From: the human T2T-CHM13v2.0 reference genome, Homo sapiens
Assembly: GCF_009914755.1 (NCBI RefSeq)
Contig: NC_060935.1
Reading direction: 5' to 3' (one strand)
Length of the DNA stretch: 64,000 nt
Shown here: positions 26,851 through 41,800 of the stretch, one piece after another
Layout of the letters: every line of letters starts with the position of its first letter
How positions within the stretch are numbered: the stretch's first letter is position 1
Notes under the pieces: generated by a model
The model's input: the letters and a program-made list of their open reading frames with translations, nothing else
Told to the model about the DNA's origin: nothing
The model's database searches: none
Program-made: the position numbers and the translations under genes

Positions 26851-29800
26851 CAGAGCAGCTCTGAAACTCTCTTTTTCTAGAATCTGCAAGTGGACATTTG
26901 GAGGGCTTTGAGGCCTGTGGTGGAAAAGGAAACTCTTCACATAAAAACTAGATGGAAGCATTCTCAGAAACTACTTTGTGATGATTGCATTCGACTCACA
27001 GAGTTGAACATTCCTATAGATAGAGCAGGTTGTAAACAATCTTTTTGTAGAATCTGCGATTGGAGATTTGGACTGCTTTGAGGCCTACTGTAGTAAAGGA
27101 AATAACTTCATCTAAAAACCAAACGGAAGCATTCACAGACAATTCTTAGTGATCATTGGATTGAACTAACAGAGCTGAACATTCCTTTAGATGGCGCAGT
27201 TTCCAAACACACTTTCTGTAGAATCTGCAACTAGATATTTGGACCTCTCTGAGGATTTCGTTGGAAACGGGATAAACTTCCCAGAACTACACGGAAGTAT
27301 TCTGAGAAACTTCTTTGTGATGTTTGCATTCAACTCACAGAGTTGAACCTTGCTTTCATAGTTCAGCTTTCAAACACTCTTTTTGTAGAATCTGCAAGTG
27401 GATATTTGGACCACTTTGTGGCCTTCCTTCGAAACGGGTATATCTTCACATCAAACCTAGACAGAAGCATTCTCAGAATGTTTCCTGTGATGACTGCATT
27501 CAACTCACAGAGGTGAACAATCCTGTTTATGGAGCAGTTTTGAAACTCTCTTTCTTTGGATTCTGCAAGTGGATATGTGGACCTCTGTGAAGATTTCGTT
27601 GGAAACGGGTTCATCTTCACAGAAAAATTAACAGGAGCATTCTCAGAAACTGCTTTGTGATGTTTGTGTTCCACTTCAAGAATTGAACTTTCCTCTTGAC
27701 AGAGCAGCTCTGAAACCCTCTTTTTCTAGAATCTGCAAGTGGATATTTGGAGGGCTTTGAGGCCTGTGGTGGAAAAGGAAAATCTTCACATAAAAACTAG
27801 ATGGAAGCATTCTCAGAAACTACTTTGTGATGATTGCATTCGACTCACAGAGTTGAACATTCCTATAGATAGAGCAGGTTGAAAACAATCTTTTTGTAGA
27901 ATCTGCGATTGGAGATTTGGACTGCTTTGAGGCCTACTGTAGTAAAGGAAATAACTTCATCTAAAAACCAAACGGAAGCATTCACAGACAATTCTTAGTG
28001 ATCATTGGATTGAACTAACAGAGCTGAACATTCCTTTAGATGGCGCAGTTTCCAAACACACTTTCTGTAGAATCTGCAACTGGATATTTGGACCTCTCTG
28101 AGGATTTCGTTGGAAAAGGGATAAACTTCCCAGAACTACACGGAAGCATTCTGAGAAACTTCTTTGTGATGTTTGCATTCAACTCACAGAGTTGAAACTT
28201 GCTTTCATAGTTCAGCTTTGAAACACTCTTTTTGTAGAATCTGCAAGTGGATATTAGGACCACTTTGTGGCCTTCCTTCGAAACGGGTGTATCTTCACAT
28301 CAAACCTAGACAGAAGCATTCTCAGAATGTTTCCTGTGATGACTGCATTCAACTCACAGAGGTGAACAATCCTGCTGATGGAGCAGTTTTGAAACTCTCT
28401 TTCTTTGGATTCTGCAAGTGGATATGTGGACCTCTGTGAAGATTTCGTTGGAAACGGGTTCATCTTCACAGAAAAACTAAACAGGAGCATTCTCAGAAAC
28501 TGCTTTGTGATGTTTGTGTTCCACTTCAGGAATTGAACTTTCCTCTTGACAGAGCAGCTCTGGAACCCTCTTTTTCTAGAATCTGCATGTGGACATTTGG
28601 AGGGCTTTGAGGCCTGTGGTGGAAAAGGAAAATCTTCACATAAAAACTAGATGGAAGCATTCTCAGAAACTACTTTGTGATGATTGCATTCGACTCACAA
28701 AGTTGAACATTCCTATAGATAGAGCAGGTTGTAAACAATCTTTTTGTAGAATCTGCGATTGGAGATTTGGACTGCTTTGAGGCCTACTGTAGTAAAGGAA
28801 ATAACTTCATCTAAAAACCAAACGGAAGCATTCACAGACAATTCTTAGTGATCATTGGATTGAACTAACAGAGCTGAACATTCCTTTAGATGGCGCAGTT
28901 TCCAAACACACTTTCTGTAGAATCTGCAACTGGATATTTGGACCTCTCTGAGGATTTCGTTGGTAACGGGATAAACTTCCCAGAACTACACGGAAGCATT
29001 CTGAGAAACTTCTTTGTGATGTTTGAATTCAACTCACAGAGTTGAACCTTGCTTTCATAGTTCAGCTTTCAAACACTCTTTTTGTAGAATCTGCAAGTGG
29101 ATATTAGGACCACTTTGTTGCCTTCCTTCGAAACGGGTATATCTTCACATCAAACCTAGACAGAAGCATTCTCAGAATGTTTCCTGTGATGACTGCATTC
29201 AACTCACAGAGGTGAACAATCCTGCTGATGGAGCAGTTTTGAAACTCTCTTTCTTTGGATTCTGCAAGTGGATATGTGGACCTCTGTGAAGATTTCGTTG
29301 GAAACGGGTTCATCTTCACAGAAAAACTAAACAGGAGCATTCTCAGAAACTGCTTTGTGATGTTTGTGTTCCACTTCAGGAATTGAACTTTCCTCTTGAC
29401 AGAGCAGCTCTGAAACTCTCTTTTTCTAGAATCTGCAAGTGGACATTTGGAGGGCTTTGAGGCCTGTGGTGGAAAAGGAAACTCTTCACATAAAAACTAG
29501 ATGGAAGCATTCTCAGAAACTACTTTGTGATGATTGCATTCGACTCACAGAGTTGAACATTCCTATAGATAGAGCAGGTTGTAAACAATCTTTTTGTAGA
29601 ATCTGCGATTGGAGATTTGGACTGCTTTGAGGCCTACTGTAGTAAAGGAAATAACTTCATCTAAAAACCAAACGGAAGCATTCACAGACAATTCTTAGTG
29701 ATCATTGGATTGAACTAACAGAGCTGAACATTCCTTTAGATGGCGCAGTTTCCAAACACACTTTCTGTAGAATCTGCAAGTGGATATTTGGACCTCTCTG

Positions 29801-32800
29801 AGGATTTCGTTGGAAACGGGATAAACTTCCCAGAACTACACGGAAGTATTCTGAGAAACTTCTTTGTGATGTTTGCATTCAACTCACAGAGTTGAACCTT
29901 GCTTTCATAGTTCAGCTTTCAAACACTCTTTTTGTAGAATCTGCAAGTGGATATTTGGACCACTTTGTGGCCTTCCTTCGAAACGGGTATATCTTCACAT
30001 CAAACCTAGACAGAAGCATTCTCAGAATGTTTCCTGTGATGACTGCATTCAACTCACAGAGGTGAACAATCCTGCTGATGGAGCAGTTTTGAAACTCTCT
30101 TTATTTGGATTCTGCAAGTGGATATGTGGACCTCTGTGAAGATTTCGTTGGAAACGGGTTCATCTTCACAGAAAAATTAACAGGAGCATTCTCAGAAACT
30201 GCTTTGTGATGTTTGTGTTCCACTTCAGGAATTGAACTTTCCTCTTGACAGAGCAGCTCTGAAACCCTCTTTTTCTAGAATCTGCAAGTGGACATTTGGA
30301 GGGCTTTGAGGCCTGTGGTGGAAAAGGAAACTCTTCACATAAAAACTAGATGGAAGCATTCTCAGAAACTACTTTGTGATGATTGCATTGGACTCACAGA
30401 GTTGAACATTCCTATAGATAGAGCAGGTTGTAAACAATCTTTTTGTAGAATCTGCGATTGGAGATTTGGACTGCTTTGAGGCCTACTGTAGTAAAGGAAA
30501 TAACTTCATCTAAAAACCAAACGGAAGCATTCACAGACAATTCTTAGTGATCATTGGATTGAACTAACAGAGCTGAACATTCCTTTAGATGGCGCAGTTT
30601 CCAAACACACTTTCTGTAGAATCTGCAAGTGGATATTTGGACCTCTCTGAGGATTTCGTTGGAAAAGGGATAAACTTCCCAGAACTACACGGAAGCATTC
30701 TGAGAAACTTCTTTGTGATGTTTGCATTCAACTCACAGAGTTGAACCTTGCTTTCATAGTTCAGCTTTCAAACACTCTTATTGTAGGATCTGCAAGTGGA
30801 TATTTGGACCACTTTGTGGCCTTCCTTCGAAACGGGTATATCTTCACATCAAACCTAGACAGAAGCATTCTCAGAATGTTTCCTGTGATGACTGCATTCA
30901 ACTCACAGAGGTGAACAATCCTGCTGATGGACCAGTTTTGAAACTCTCTTTCTTTGGATTCTGCAAGTGGATATGTGGACCTCTCTGAAGATTTCATTGA
31001 AAACGGGTTCTTCTTCACAGAAAAACTAAACAGGAGCATTCTCAGAAACTGCTTTGTGATGTTTGTGTTCCACTTCAGGAATTGAACTTTCCTCTTGACA
31101 GAGCAGCTCTGAAACCCTCTTTTTCTAGAATCTGCAAGTGGACATTTGGAGGGCTTTGAAGCCTGTGGTGGAAAAGGAAAATCTTCACATAAAAACTAGA
31201 GAGAAGAATTCTCAGAAACTACTTTGTGATGATTGCATTCGACTCACAGAGTTGAACATTCCTATAGATAGAGCAGGTTGTAAACAATCTTTTTGTAGAA
31301 TCTGAGATTAGAGATTTGGACTGCTTTGAGGCCTACTGTAGTAAAGGAAATAACTTCATCTAAAAACCATACGGAAGCATTCACAGACAATTCTTAGTGA
31401 TCATTGGATTGAACTAACAGAGCTGAACATTCCTTTAGATGGCGCAGTTTCCAAACACACTTTCTGTAGACTCTGCAACTGGATATTTGGACCTCTCTGA
31501 GGATTTCGTTGGAAACGGGATAAACTTCCCAGAACTACACGGAAGCATTCTGAGAAACTTCTTTGTGATGTTTGCATTCAACTCACAGAGTTGAACCTTG
31601 CTTTCATAGTTCAGCTTTGAAACACTCTTTTTGTAGAATCTGCAAGTGGATATTAGGAGCACTTTGTGGCCTTCCTTCGAAACGGGTATATCTTCACATC
31701 AAACCTAGACAGAAGCATTCTCAGAATGTTTCCTGTGATGACTGCATTCAACTCACAGAGGTGAACAATCCTGCTGATGGAGCAGTTTTGAAACTCTCTT
31801 TCTTTGGATTCTGCAAGTGGATATGTGGACCTCTGTGAAGATTTCGTTGGAAACGGGTTCTTCTTCACAGAAAAACTAAACAGGAGCATTCTCAGAAACT
31901 GCTTTGTGATGTTTGTGTTCCACTTCAGGAATTGAACTTTCCTCTTGACAGAGCAGCTCTGAAACCCTCTTTTTCTAGAATCTGCAAGTGGACATTTGGA
32001 GGGCTTTGAGGCCTGTGGTGGAAAAGGAAACTCTTCACATAAAAACTAGATGGAAGCATTCTCAGAAACTACTTTGTGATGATTGCATTCGACTCACAGA
32101 GTTGAACATTCCTATAGATAGAGCAGGTTGTAAACAATCTTTTTGTAGAATCTGCGATTGGAGATTTGGACTGCTTTGAGGCCTACTGTAGTAAAGGAAA
32201 TAACTTCATCTAAAAACCAAACGGAAGCATTCACAGAAAATTCTTAGTGATCATTGGATTGAACTAACAGAGCTGAACATTCCTTTAGATGGCGCAGTTT
32301 CCAAACACACTTTCTGTAGAATCTGCAAGTGGATATTTGGACCTCTCTGAGGATTTCTTTGGAAACGGGATAAACTTCCCAGAACTACACGGAAGCATTC
32401 TGAGAAACTTCTTTGTGATGTTTGCATTCAACTCACAGAGTTGAACCTTGCTTTCATAGTTCAGCTTTCAAACACTCTTTCTGTAGAATCTACAAGTGGA
32501 TATTAGGACCACATTGTGGCCTTCCTTCGAAACGGGTATATCTTCACATCAAACCTAGACAGAAGCATTCTCAGAATGTTTCCTGTGATGACTGCATTCA
32601 ACTCACAGAGGTGAACAATCCTGCTGATGGAGCAGTTTTGAAACTCTCTTTCTTTGGATTCTGCAAGTGGATATGTGGACCTCTGTGAAGATTTCGTTGG
32701 AAACGGGTTCATCTTCACAGAATAACTAAACAGGAGCATTCTCAGAAACTGCTTTGTGATGTTTGTGTTCCACTTCAGGAATTGAACTTTCCTCTTGATA

Positions 32801-35800
32801 GAGCAGCTCTGAAACCCTCTTTTTCTAGAATCTGCAAGTGGACATTTGGAGGGCTTTGAGGCCTGTGGTGGAAAAGGAAACTCTTCACATAAAAACTAGA
32901 TGGAAGCATTCTCAGAAACTACTTTGTGATGATTGCATTCGACTGACAGAGTTGAACATTCCTATAGATAGAGCAGGGTGTAAACAATCTTTTTGTAGAA
33001 TCTGCGATAGGAGATTTGGACTGCTTTGAGGCCTACTGTAGTAAAGGAAATAACTTCATCTAAAAACCAAACGGAAGCATTCACAGACAATTCTTAGTGA
33101 TCATTGGATTGAACTAACAGAGCTGAACATTCCTTTAGATGGCGCAGTTTCCAAACACACTTTCTGTAGAATCTGCAACTGGATATTTGGACCTCTCTGA
33201 GGATTTCGTTGGAAACGGGATAAACTTCCCAGAACTACACGGAAGTATTCTGAGAAACTTCTTTGTGATGTTTGCATTCAACTCACAGAGTTGAACCTTG
33301 CTTTCATAGTTCAGCTTTCAAACACTCTTTTTGTAGAATCTGCAAGTGGATATTTGGACCACTTTGTGGCCTTCCTTCGAAACGGGTATATCTTCACATC
33401 AAACCTACACAGAAGCATTCTCAGAATGTTTCCTGTGATGACTGCATTCAACTCACAGAGGTGAACAATCCTGCTGATGGAGCAGTTTTGAAACTCTCTT
33501 TCTTTGGATTCTGCAAGTGGATATGTGGACCTCTGTGAAGATTTCGTTGGAAACGGGTTCATCTTCACAGAAAAACTAAACAGGAGCATTCTCAGAAACT
33601 GCTTTGTGATGTTTGTGTTCCACTTCAGGAATTGAACTTTCCTCTTGAGAGAGCAGCTCTGAAACCCTCTTTTTCTAGAATCTGCATGTGGACATTTGGA
33701 GGGCTTTGAAGCCTGTGGTGGAAAAGGAAAATCTTCACATAAAAACTAGATAGAAGAATTCTCAGAAACTACTTTGTGATGATTGCATTCGACTCACAGA
33801 GTTGAACATTCCTATAGATAGAGCAGGTTGTAAACAATCTTTTTGTAGAATCTGAGATTAGAGATTTGGACTGCTTTGAGGCCTAGTGTAGTAAAGGAAA
33901 TAACTTCATCTAAAAACCATACGGAAGCATTCACAGACAATTCTTAGTGATCATTGGATTGAACTAACAGAGCTGAACATTCCTTTAGATGGCGCAGTTT
34001 CCAAACACACTTTCTGTAGACTCTGCAACTGGATATTTGGACCTCTCTGAGGATTTCGTTGGAAACGGGATAAACTTCCCAGAACTACACGGAAGCATTC
34101 TGAGAAACTTCTTTGTGATGTTTGCATTCAACTCACAGAGTTGAACCTTGCTTTCATAGTTCAGCTTTGAAACACTCTTTTTGTAGAATCTGCAAGTGGA
34201 TATTAGGAGCACTTTGTGGCCTTCCTTCGAAACGGGTATATCTTCACATCAAACCTAGACAGAAGCATTCTCAGAATGTTTCCTGTGATGACTGCATTCA
34301 ACTCACAGAGGTGAACAATCCTGCTGATGGAGCAGTTTTGAAACTCTCTTTCTTTGGATTCTGCAAGTGGATATGTGGACCTCTGTGAAGATTTCGTTGG
34401 AAACGGGTTCATCTTCACAGAAAAACTAAACAGGAGCATTCTCAGAAACTGCTTTGTGATGTTTGTGTTCCACTTCAGGAATTGAACTTTCCTCTTGACA
34501 GAGCAGCTCTGAAACCCTCTTTTTCTAGAATCTGCAAGTGGACATTTGGAGGGCTTGGAGGCCTGTGGTGGAAAAGGAAAATCTTCACATAAAAACTAGA
34601 TGGAAGCATTCTCAGAAACTACTTTGCGATGATTGCATTCGACTCACTGAGTTGAACATTCCTATAGATAGAGCAGGTTGTAAACAATCTTTTTGTAGAA
34701 TCTGCGATTGGAGATTTGGACTGCTTTGAGGCCTACTGTAGTAAAGGAAATAACTTCATCTAAAAACCAAACGGAAGCATTCACAGACAATTCTTAGTGA
34801 TCATTGGATTGAACTAACAGAGCTGAACATTCCTTTAGATGGCGCAGTTTCCAAACACACTTTCTGTAGACTCTGCAACTGGATATTTGGACCTCTCTGA
34901 GGATTTCGTTGGAAACGGGCTAAACTTCCCAGAACTACACGGAAGTATTCTGAGAAACTTCTTTGTGATGTTTGCATTCAACTCACACAGTTGAACATGG
35001 TTTCATAGTTCAGCTTTCAAACACTCTTTTTGTAGAATCTGCAAGTGGATATTTGGACCACTTTGTGGCCTTCCTTCGAAACGGGTATATCTTCACATCA
35101 AACCTAGACAGAAGCATTCTCAGAATGTTTCCTGTGATGACTGCATTCAACTCACAGAGGTGAACAATCCTGCTGATGGAGCAGTTTTGAAACTCTCTTT
35201 CTTTGGATTCTGCAAGTGGATATGTGGACCTCTGTGAAGATTTCGTTGGAAACGGGTTTATCTTCACAGAAAAACTAAACAGAAGCATTCTCAGAAACTG
35301 CTTTGTGATGTTTGTGTTCCACTTCAAGAATTGAACTTTCCTCTTGACAGTGCAGCTCTGAAACCCTCTTTTTCTAGAATCTGCAAGTGGACATTTGGAG
35401 GGCTTGGAGGCCTGTGGTGGAAAAGGAAAATCTTCACATAAAAACTAGATGGAAGCATTCTCAGAAACTACTTTGCGATGATTGCATTCGACTCACAGAG
35501 TTGAACATTCCTATAGATAGAGCAGGTTGTAAACAATCTTTTTGTAGAATCTGCGATTGGAGATTTGGACTGCTTTGAGGCCTACTGTAGTAAAGGAAAT
35601 AACTTCATCTAAAAACCAAATGGAAGCATTCACAGACAATTCTTAGTGATCATTGGATTGAACTAACAGAGCTGAACATTCCTTTAGATGGAGCAGTTTC
35701 CAAACACACTTTCTGTAGAATCTGCAAGTGGATATTTGGACCTCTCTGAGGATTTCGTTGGAAAAGGGATAAACTTCCCAGAACTACACGGAAGCATTGT

Positions 35801-38800
35801 GAGAAACTTCTTTGTGATGTTTGCATTCAACTCACAGAGTTGAACCTTGCTTTCATAGTTCAGCTTTCAAACACTCTTTTTGTAGGATCTGCAAGTGGAT
35901 ATTTGGACCACTTTGTGGCCTTCCTTCGAAATGGGTATATCTTCACATCAAACCTAGACAGAAGCATTCTCAGAATGTTTCCTGTGATGACTGCATTCAA
36001 CTCACAGAGGTGAACAATCCTGCTGATGGACCAGTTTTGAAACTCTCTTTCTTTGGATTCTGCAAGTGGATATGTGGACCTCTGTGAAGATTTCGTTGGA
36101 AACGTGTTCATCTTCACAGAAAAACTAAACAGGAGCATTCTCAGAAACTGATTTGTGATGTTTGTGTTCCACTTCAGGAATTGAACATTCCTCTTGACAG
36201 AGCAGCTCTGAAACCCTCTTTTTCTAGAATCTGCAAGTGGACATTTGGAGGGCTTTGAGGCCTGTGGTGGAAAAGGAAAATCTTCACATAAAAACTAGAT
36301 GGAAGCATTCTCAGAAACTACTTTGTGATGATTGCATTCGACTCACAGAGTTGAACATTCCTATAGATAGAGCAGGTTGTAAACAATCTTTTTGTAGAAT
36401 CTGCGATTAGAGATTTGGACTGCTTTGAGGCCTACTGTAGTAAAGGAAATAACTTCATCTAAAAACCAAACGGAAGCATTCACAGACAATTCTTAGTGAT
36501 CATTGGATTGAACTAACAGAGCTGAACATTCCTTTAGATGGCGCAGTTTCCAAACACACTTTCTGTAGAATCTGCCACTGGATATTTGGAACTCTCTGAG
36601 GATTTCGTTGGAAACGGGCTAAACTTCCCAGAACTACACAGAAGCATTCTGAGAAACTTCTTTGTGATGTTTGCATTCAACTCACAGAGTTGAAACTTGC
36701 TTTCATAGTTCAGCTTTCAAACACTCTTTTTGTAGAATCTGCAAGTGGATATTTGGACCACTTTGTGGCCTTCCTTCGAAACGGGTATATCTTCACATCA
36801 AACCTAGACAGAAGCATTCTCAGAATGTTTCCTGTGATGACTGCATTCAACTCACAGAGGTGAACAATCCTGCTGATGGAGCAGTTTTGAAACTCTCTTT
36901 CTTTGGATTCTGCAAGTGGATATGTGGACCTCTGTGAAGATTTCGTTGGAAACGGGTTCATCTTCACAGAAAAACTAAACAGGAGCATTCTCAGAAACTG
37001 CTTTGTGATGTTTGTGTTCCACTTCAGGAATTGAACTTTCCTCTTGAGAGAGCAGCTCTGAAACCCTCTTTTTCTAGAATCTGCAATTGGACATTTGGAG
37101 GGCTTTGGGGCCTGTGGTGGAAAAGGAAACTCTTCACATAAAAACTAGATGGAAGCATTCTCAGAAACTACTTTGTGATGATTGCATTCGACTCACAGAG
37201 TTGAACATTCCTATAGATAGAGCAGGTTGTAAACAATCTTTTTGTAGAATCTGCGATTGGAGATTTGGACTGCTTTGAGGCCTACTGTAGTAAAGGAAAT
37301 AACTTCATCTAAAAACCAAACGGAAGCATTCACAGACAATTCTTAGTGATCATTGGATTGAACTAACAGAGCTGAACATTCCTTTAGATGGCGCAGTTTC
37401 CAAACACACTTTCTGTAGAATCTGCAAGTGGATATTTGGACCTCTCTGAGGATTTCGTTGGAAACGGGATAAACTTCCCAGAACTACACGGAAGTATTCT
37501 GAGAAACTTCTTTGTGATGTTTGCATTCAACTCACAGAGTTGAACCTTGCTTTCATAGTTCAGCTTTCAAACACTCTTTTTGTAGAATCTGCAAGTGGAT
37601 ATTTGGACCACTTTGTGGCCTTCCTTCGAAACGGGTATATCTTCACATCAAACCTAGACAGAAGCATTCTCAGAATGTTTCCTGTGATGACTGCATTCAA
37701 CTCACAGAGGTGAACAATCCTGCTGATGGAGCAGTTTTGAAACTCTCTTTCTTTGGATTCTGCAAGTGGATACGTGGACCTCTGTGAAGATTTCGTTGGA
37801 AACGGGTTCATCTTCACAGAAAAACTAAACAGGAGCATTCTCAGAAACTGCTTTGTGATGTTTGTGTTCCACTTCAGGAATTGAACTTTCCTCTTGAGAG
37901 AGAAGCTCTGAAACCCTCTTTTTCTAGAATCTGCATGTGGACATTTGGAGGGCTTTGAAGCCTGTGGTGGAAAAGGAAAATCTTCACATAAAAACTAGAT
38001 GGAAGAATTCTCAGAAACTACTTTGTGATGATTGCATTCGACTCACAGAGTTGAACATTCCTATAGATAGAGCAGGTTGTAAACAATCTTTTTGTAGAAT
38101 CTGCGATTAGAGATTTGGACTGCTTTGAGGCCTACTGTAGTAAAGGAAATAACTTCATCTAAAAACCAAACGGAAGCATTCACAGACAATTCTTAGTGAT
38201 CATTGGATTGAACTAACAGAGCTGAACATTCCTTTAGATGGCGCAGTTTCCAAACACACTTTCTGTAGACTCTGCAACTGGATATTTGGACCTCTCTGAG
38301 GATTTCGTTGGAAACGGGATAAACTTCCCAGAACTACACGGAAGGATTCTGAGAAACTTCTTTGTGATGTTTGCATTCAACTCACAGAGTTGAACCTTGC
38401 TTTCATAGTTCAGCTTTGAAACACTCTTTTTGTAGAATCTGCAAGTGGATATTAGGAGCACTTTGTGGCCTTCCTTCGAAACGGGTATATCTTCACATCA
38501 AACCTAGACAGAAGCATTCTCAGAATGTTTCCTGTGATGACTGCATTCAACTCACAGAGGTGAACAATCCTGCTGATGGAGCAGTTTTGAAACTCTCTTT
38601 CTTTGGATTCTGCAAGTGGATATGTGGACCTCTGTGAAGATTTCGTTGGAAACGGGTTCATCTTCACAGAAAAACTAAACAGGAGCATTCTCAGAAACTG
38701 CTTTGTGATGTTTGTGTTCCACTTCAGGAATTGAACTTTCCTCTTGACAGAGCAGCTCTGAAACCCTCTTTTTCTAGAATCTGCAAGTGGACATTTGGAG

Positions 38801-41800
38801 GGCTTTGAGGCCTGTGGTGGAAAAGGAAACTCTTCACATAAAAACTAGATGGAAGCATTCTCAGAAACTACTTTGTGATGATTGCATTCGACTCACAGAG
38901 TTGAACATTCCTATAGATAGAGCAGGTTGTAAACAATCTTTTTGTAGAATCTGCGATTGGAGATTTGGACTGCTTTGAGGCCTACTGTAGTAAAGGAAAT
39001 AACTTCACCTAAAAACCAAACGGAAGCATTCACAGACAATTCTTAGTGATCATTGGATTGAACTAACAGAGCTGAACATTCCTTTAGATGGCGCAGTTTC
39101 CAAACACACTTTCTGTAGAATCTGCAAGTGGATATTTGGACCTCTCTGAGGATTTCGTTGGAAACGGGATAAACTTCCCAGAACTACACGGAAGTATTCT
39201 GAGAAACTTCTTTGTGATGTTTGCATTCAACTCACAGAGTTGAACTTGCTTTCATAGTTCAGCTTTCAAACACTCTTTTTGTAGAATCTGCAAGTGGATA
39301 TTTGGACCACTTTGTGGCCTTCCTTCGAAACGGGTATATCTTCACATCAAACCTAGACAGAAGCATTCTCAGAATGTTTCCTGTGATGACTGCATTAAAT
39401 TCACAGAGGTAAACAATCCTGCTGATGGAGCAGTTTTGAAACTCTCTTTCTTTGGATTCTGCAAGTGGATATGTGGACCTCTGTGAAGATTTCGTTGGAA
39501 ACGGGTTTATCTTCACAGAAAAACTAAACAGAAGCATTCTCAGAAACTGCTTTGTGGTGTTTGTGTTCCACTTCAAGAATTGAACTTTCCTCTTGACAGA
39601 GCAGCTCTGAAACCCTCTTTTTCTAGAATCTGCAAGTGGACATTTGGAGGGCTTGGGGGCCTGTGGTGGAAAAGGAAAATCTTCACATAAAAACTAGATG
39701 GAAGCATTCTCAGAAACTACTTTGCAATGATTGCATTCGACTCACAGAGTTGAACATTCCTATAGATAGAGCAGGTTGTAAACAATCTTTTTGTAGAATC
39801 TGCGATTGGAGATTTGGACTGCTTTGAGGCCTACTGTAGTAAAGGAAATAACTTCATCTAAAAACCAAACGGAAGCATTCACAGACAATTCTTAGTGATC
39901 ATTGGATTGAACTAACAGAGCTGAACATTCCTTTAGATGGCGCAGTTTCCAAACACACTTTCTGTAGAATCTGCCACTGGATATTTGGACCTCTCTGAGG
40001 ATTTCGTTGGAAACGGGATAAACTTCCCAGAACTACACGGAAGTATTCTGAGAAACTTCTTTGTGATGTTTGCATTCAACTCACAGAGTTGAACCTTGCT
40101 TTCATAGTTCAGCTTTCAAACACTCTTTTTGTAGAATCTGCAAGTGGATATTTGGACCACTTTGTGGCCTTCCTTCGAAACGGGTATATCTTCACATCAA
40201 ACCTAGACAGAAGCATTCTCAGAATGTTTCCTGTGATGACTGCATTCAACTCACAGAGGTGAACAATCCTGCTGATGGAGCAGTTTTGAAACTCTCTTTC
40301 TTTGGATTCTGCAAGTGGATATGTGGACCTCTCTGAAGATTTCGTTGAAAACGGGTTCTTCTTCATAGAAAAACTAAACAGGAGCATTCTCAGAAACTGC
40401 TTTGTGATGTTTGTGTTCCACTTCAGGAATTGAACTTTCCTCTTGAGAGAGCAGCTCTGAAACCCTCTTTTTCTAGAATCTGCATGTGGACATTTGGAGG
40501 GCTTTGAAGCCTGTGGTGGAAAAGGAAAATCTTCACATAAAAACTAGATGGAAGAATTCTCAGAAAATACTTTGTGATGATTGCATTCGACTCACAGATT
40601 TGAACATTCCTATAGATAGAGCAGGTTGTAAACAATCTTTTTGTAGAATCTGCGATTAGAGATTTGGACTGCTTTGAGGTCTACTGTAGTAAAGGAAATA
40701 ACTTCATCTAAAAACCAAACGGAAGCATTCACAGACAATTCTTAGTGATCATTGGATTGAACTAACAGAGCTGAACATTCCTTTAGATGGCGCAGTTTCC
40801 AAACACACTTTCTGTAGACTCTGCAACTGGATATTTGGACCTCTCTGAGGATTTCGTTGGAAACGGGATAAACTTCCCAGAACTACACGGAAGCATTCTG
40901 AGAAACTTCTTTGTGATGTTTGCATTCAACTCACAGAGTTGAACCTTGCTTTCATAGTTCAGCTTTGAAACACTCTTTTTGTAGAATCTGCAAGTGGATA
41001 TTAGGAGCACTTTGTGGCCTTCCTTCGAAACGGGTATATCTTCACATCAAACCTAGACAGAAGCATTCTCAGAATGTTTCCTGTGATGACTGCATTCAAC
41101 TCACAGAGGTGAACAATCCTGCTGATGGAGCAGTTTTGAAACTCTCTTTCTTTGGATTCTGCAAGTGGATATGTGGACCTCTGTGAAGATTTCGTTGGAA
41201 ACGGGTTCATCTTCACAGAAAAACTAAACAGGAGCATTCTCAGAAACTGCTTTGTGATGTTTGTGTTCCACTTCAGGAATTGAACTTTCCTCTTGACAGA
41301 GCAGCTCTGAAACCCTCTTTTTCTAGAATCTGCAAGTGGACATTTGGAGGGCTTTGAGGCCTGTGGTGGAAAAGGAAACTCTTCACATAAAAACTAGATG
41401 GAAGCATTCTCAGAAACTACTTTGTGATGATTGCATTCGACTCACAGAGTTGAACATTCCTATAGATAGAGCAGGTTGTAAACAATCTTTTTGTAGAATC
41501 TGCGATTGGAGATTTGGACTGCTTTGAGGCCTACTGTAGTAAAGGAAATAACTTCATCTAAAAACCAAACGGAAGCATTCACAGACAATTCTTAGTGATC
41601 ATTGGATTGAACTAACAGAGCTGAACATTCCTTTAGATGGCGCAGTTTCCAAACACACTTTCTGTAGAATCTGCAAGTGGATATTTGGACCTCTCTGAGG
41701 ATTTCGTTGGAAACGGGCTAAACTTCCCAGAACTACACGGAAGTATTCTGAGAAACTTCTTTGTGATGTTTGCATTCAACTCACAGAGTTGAACCTTGCT

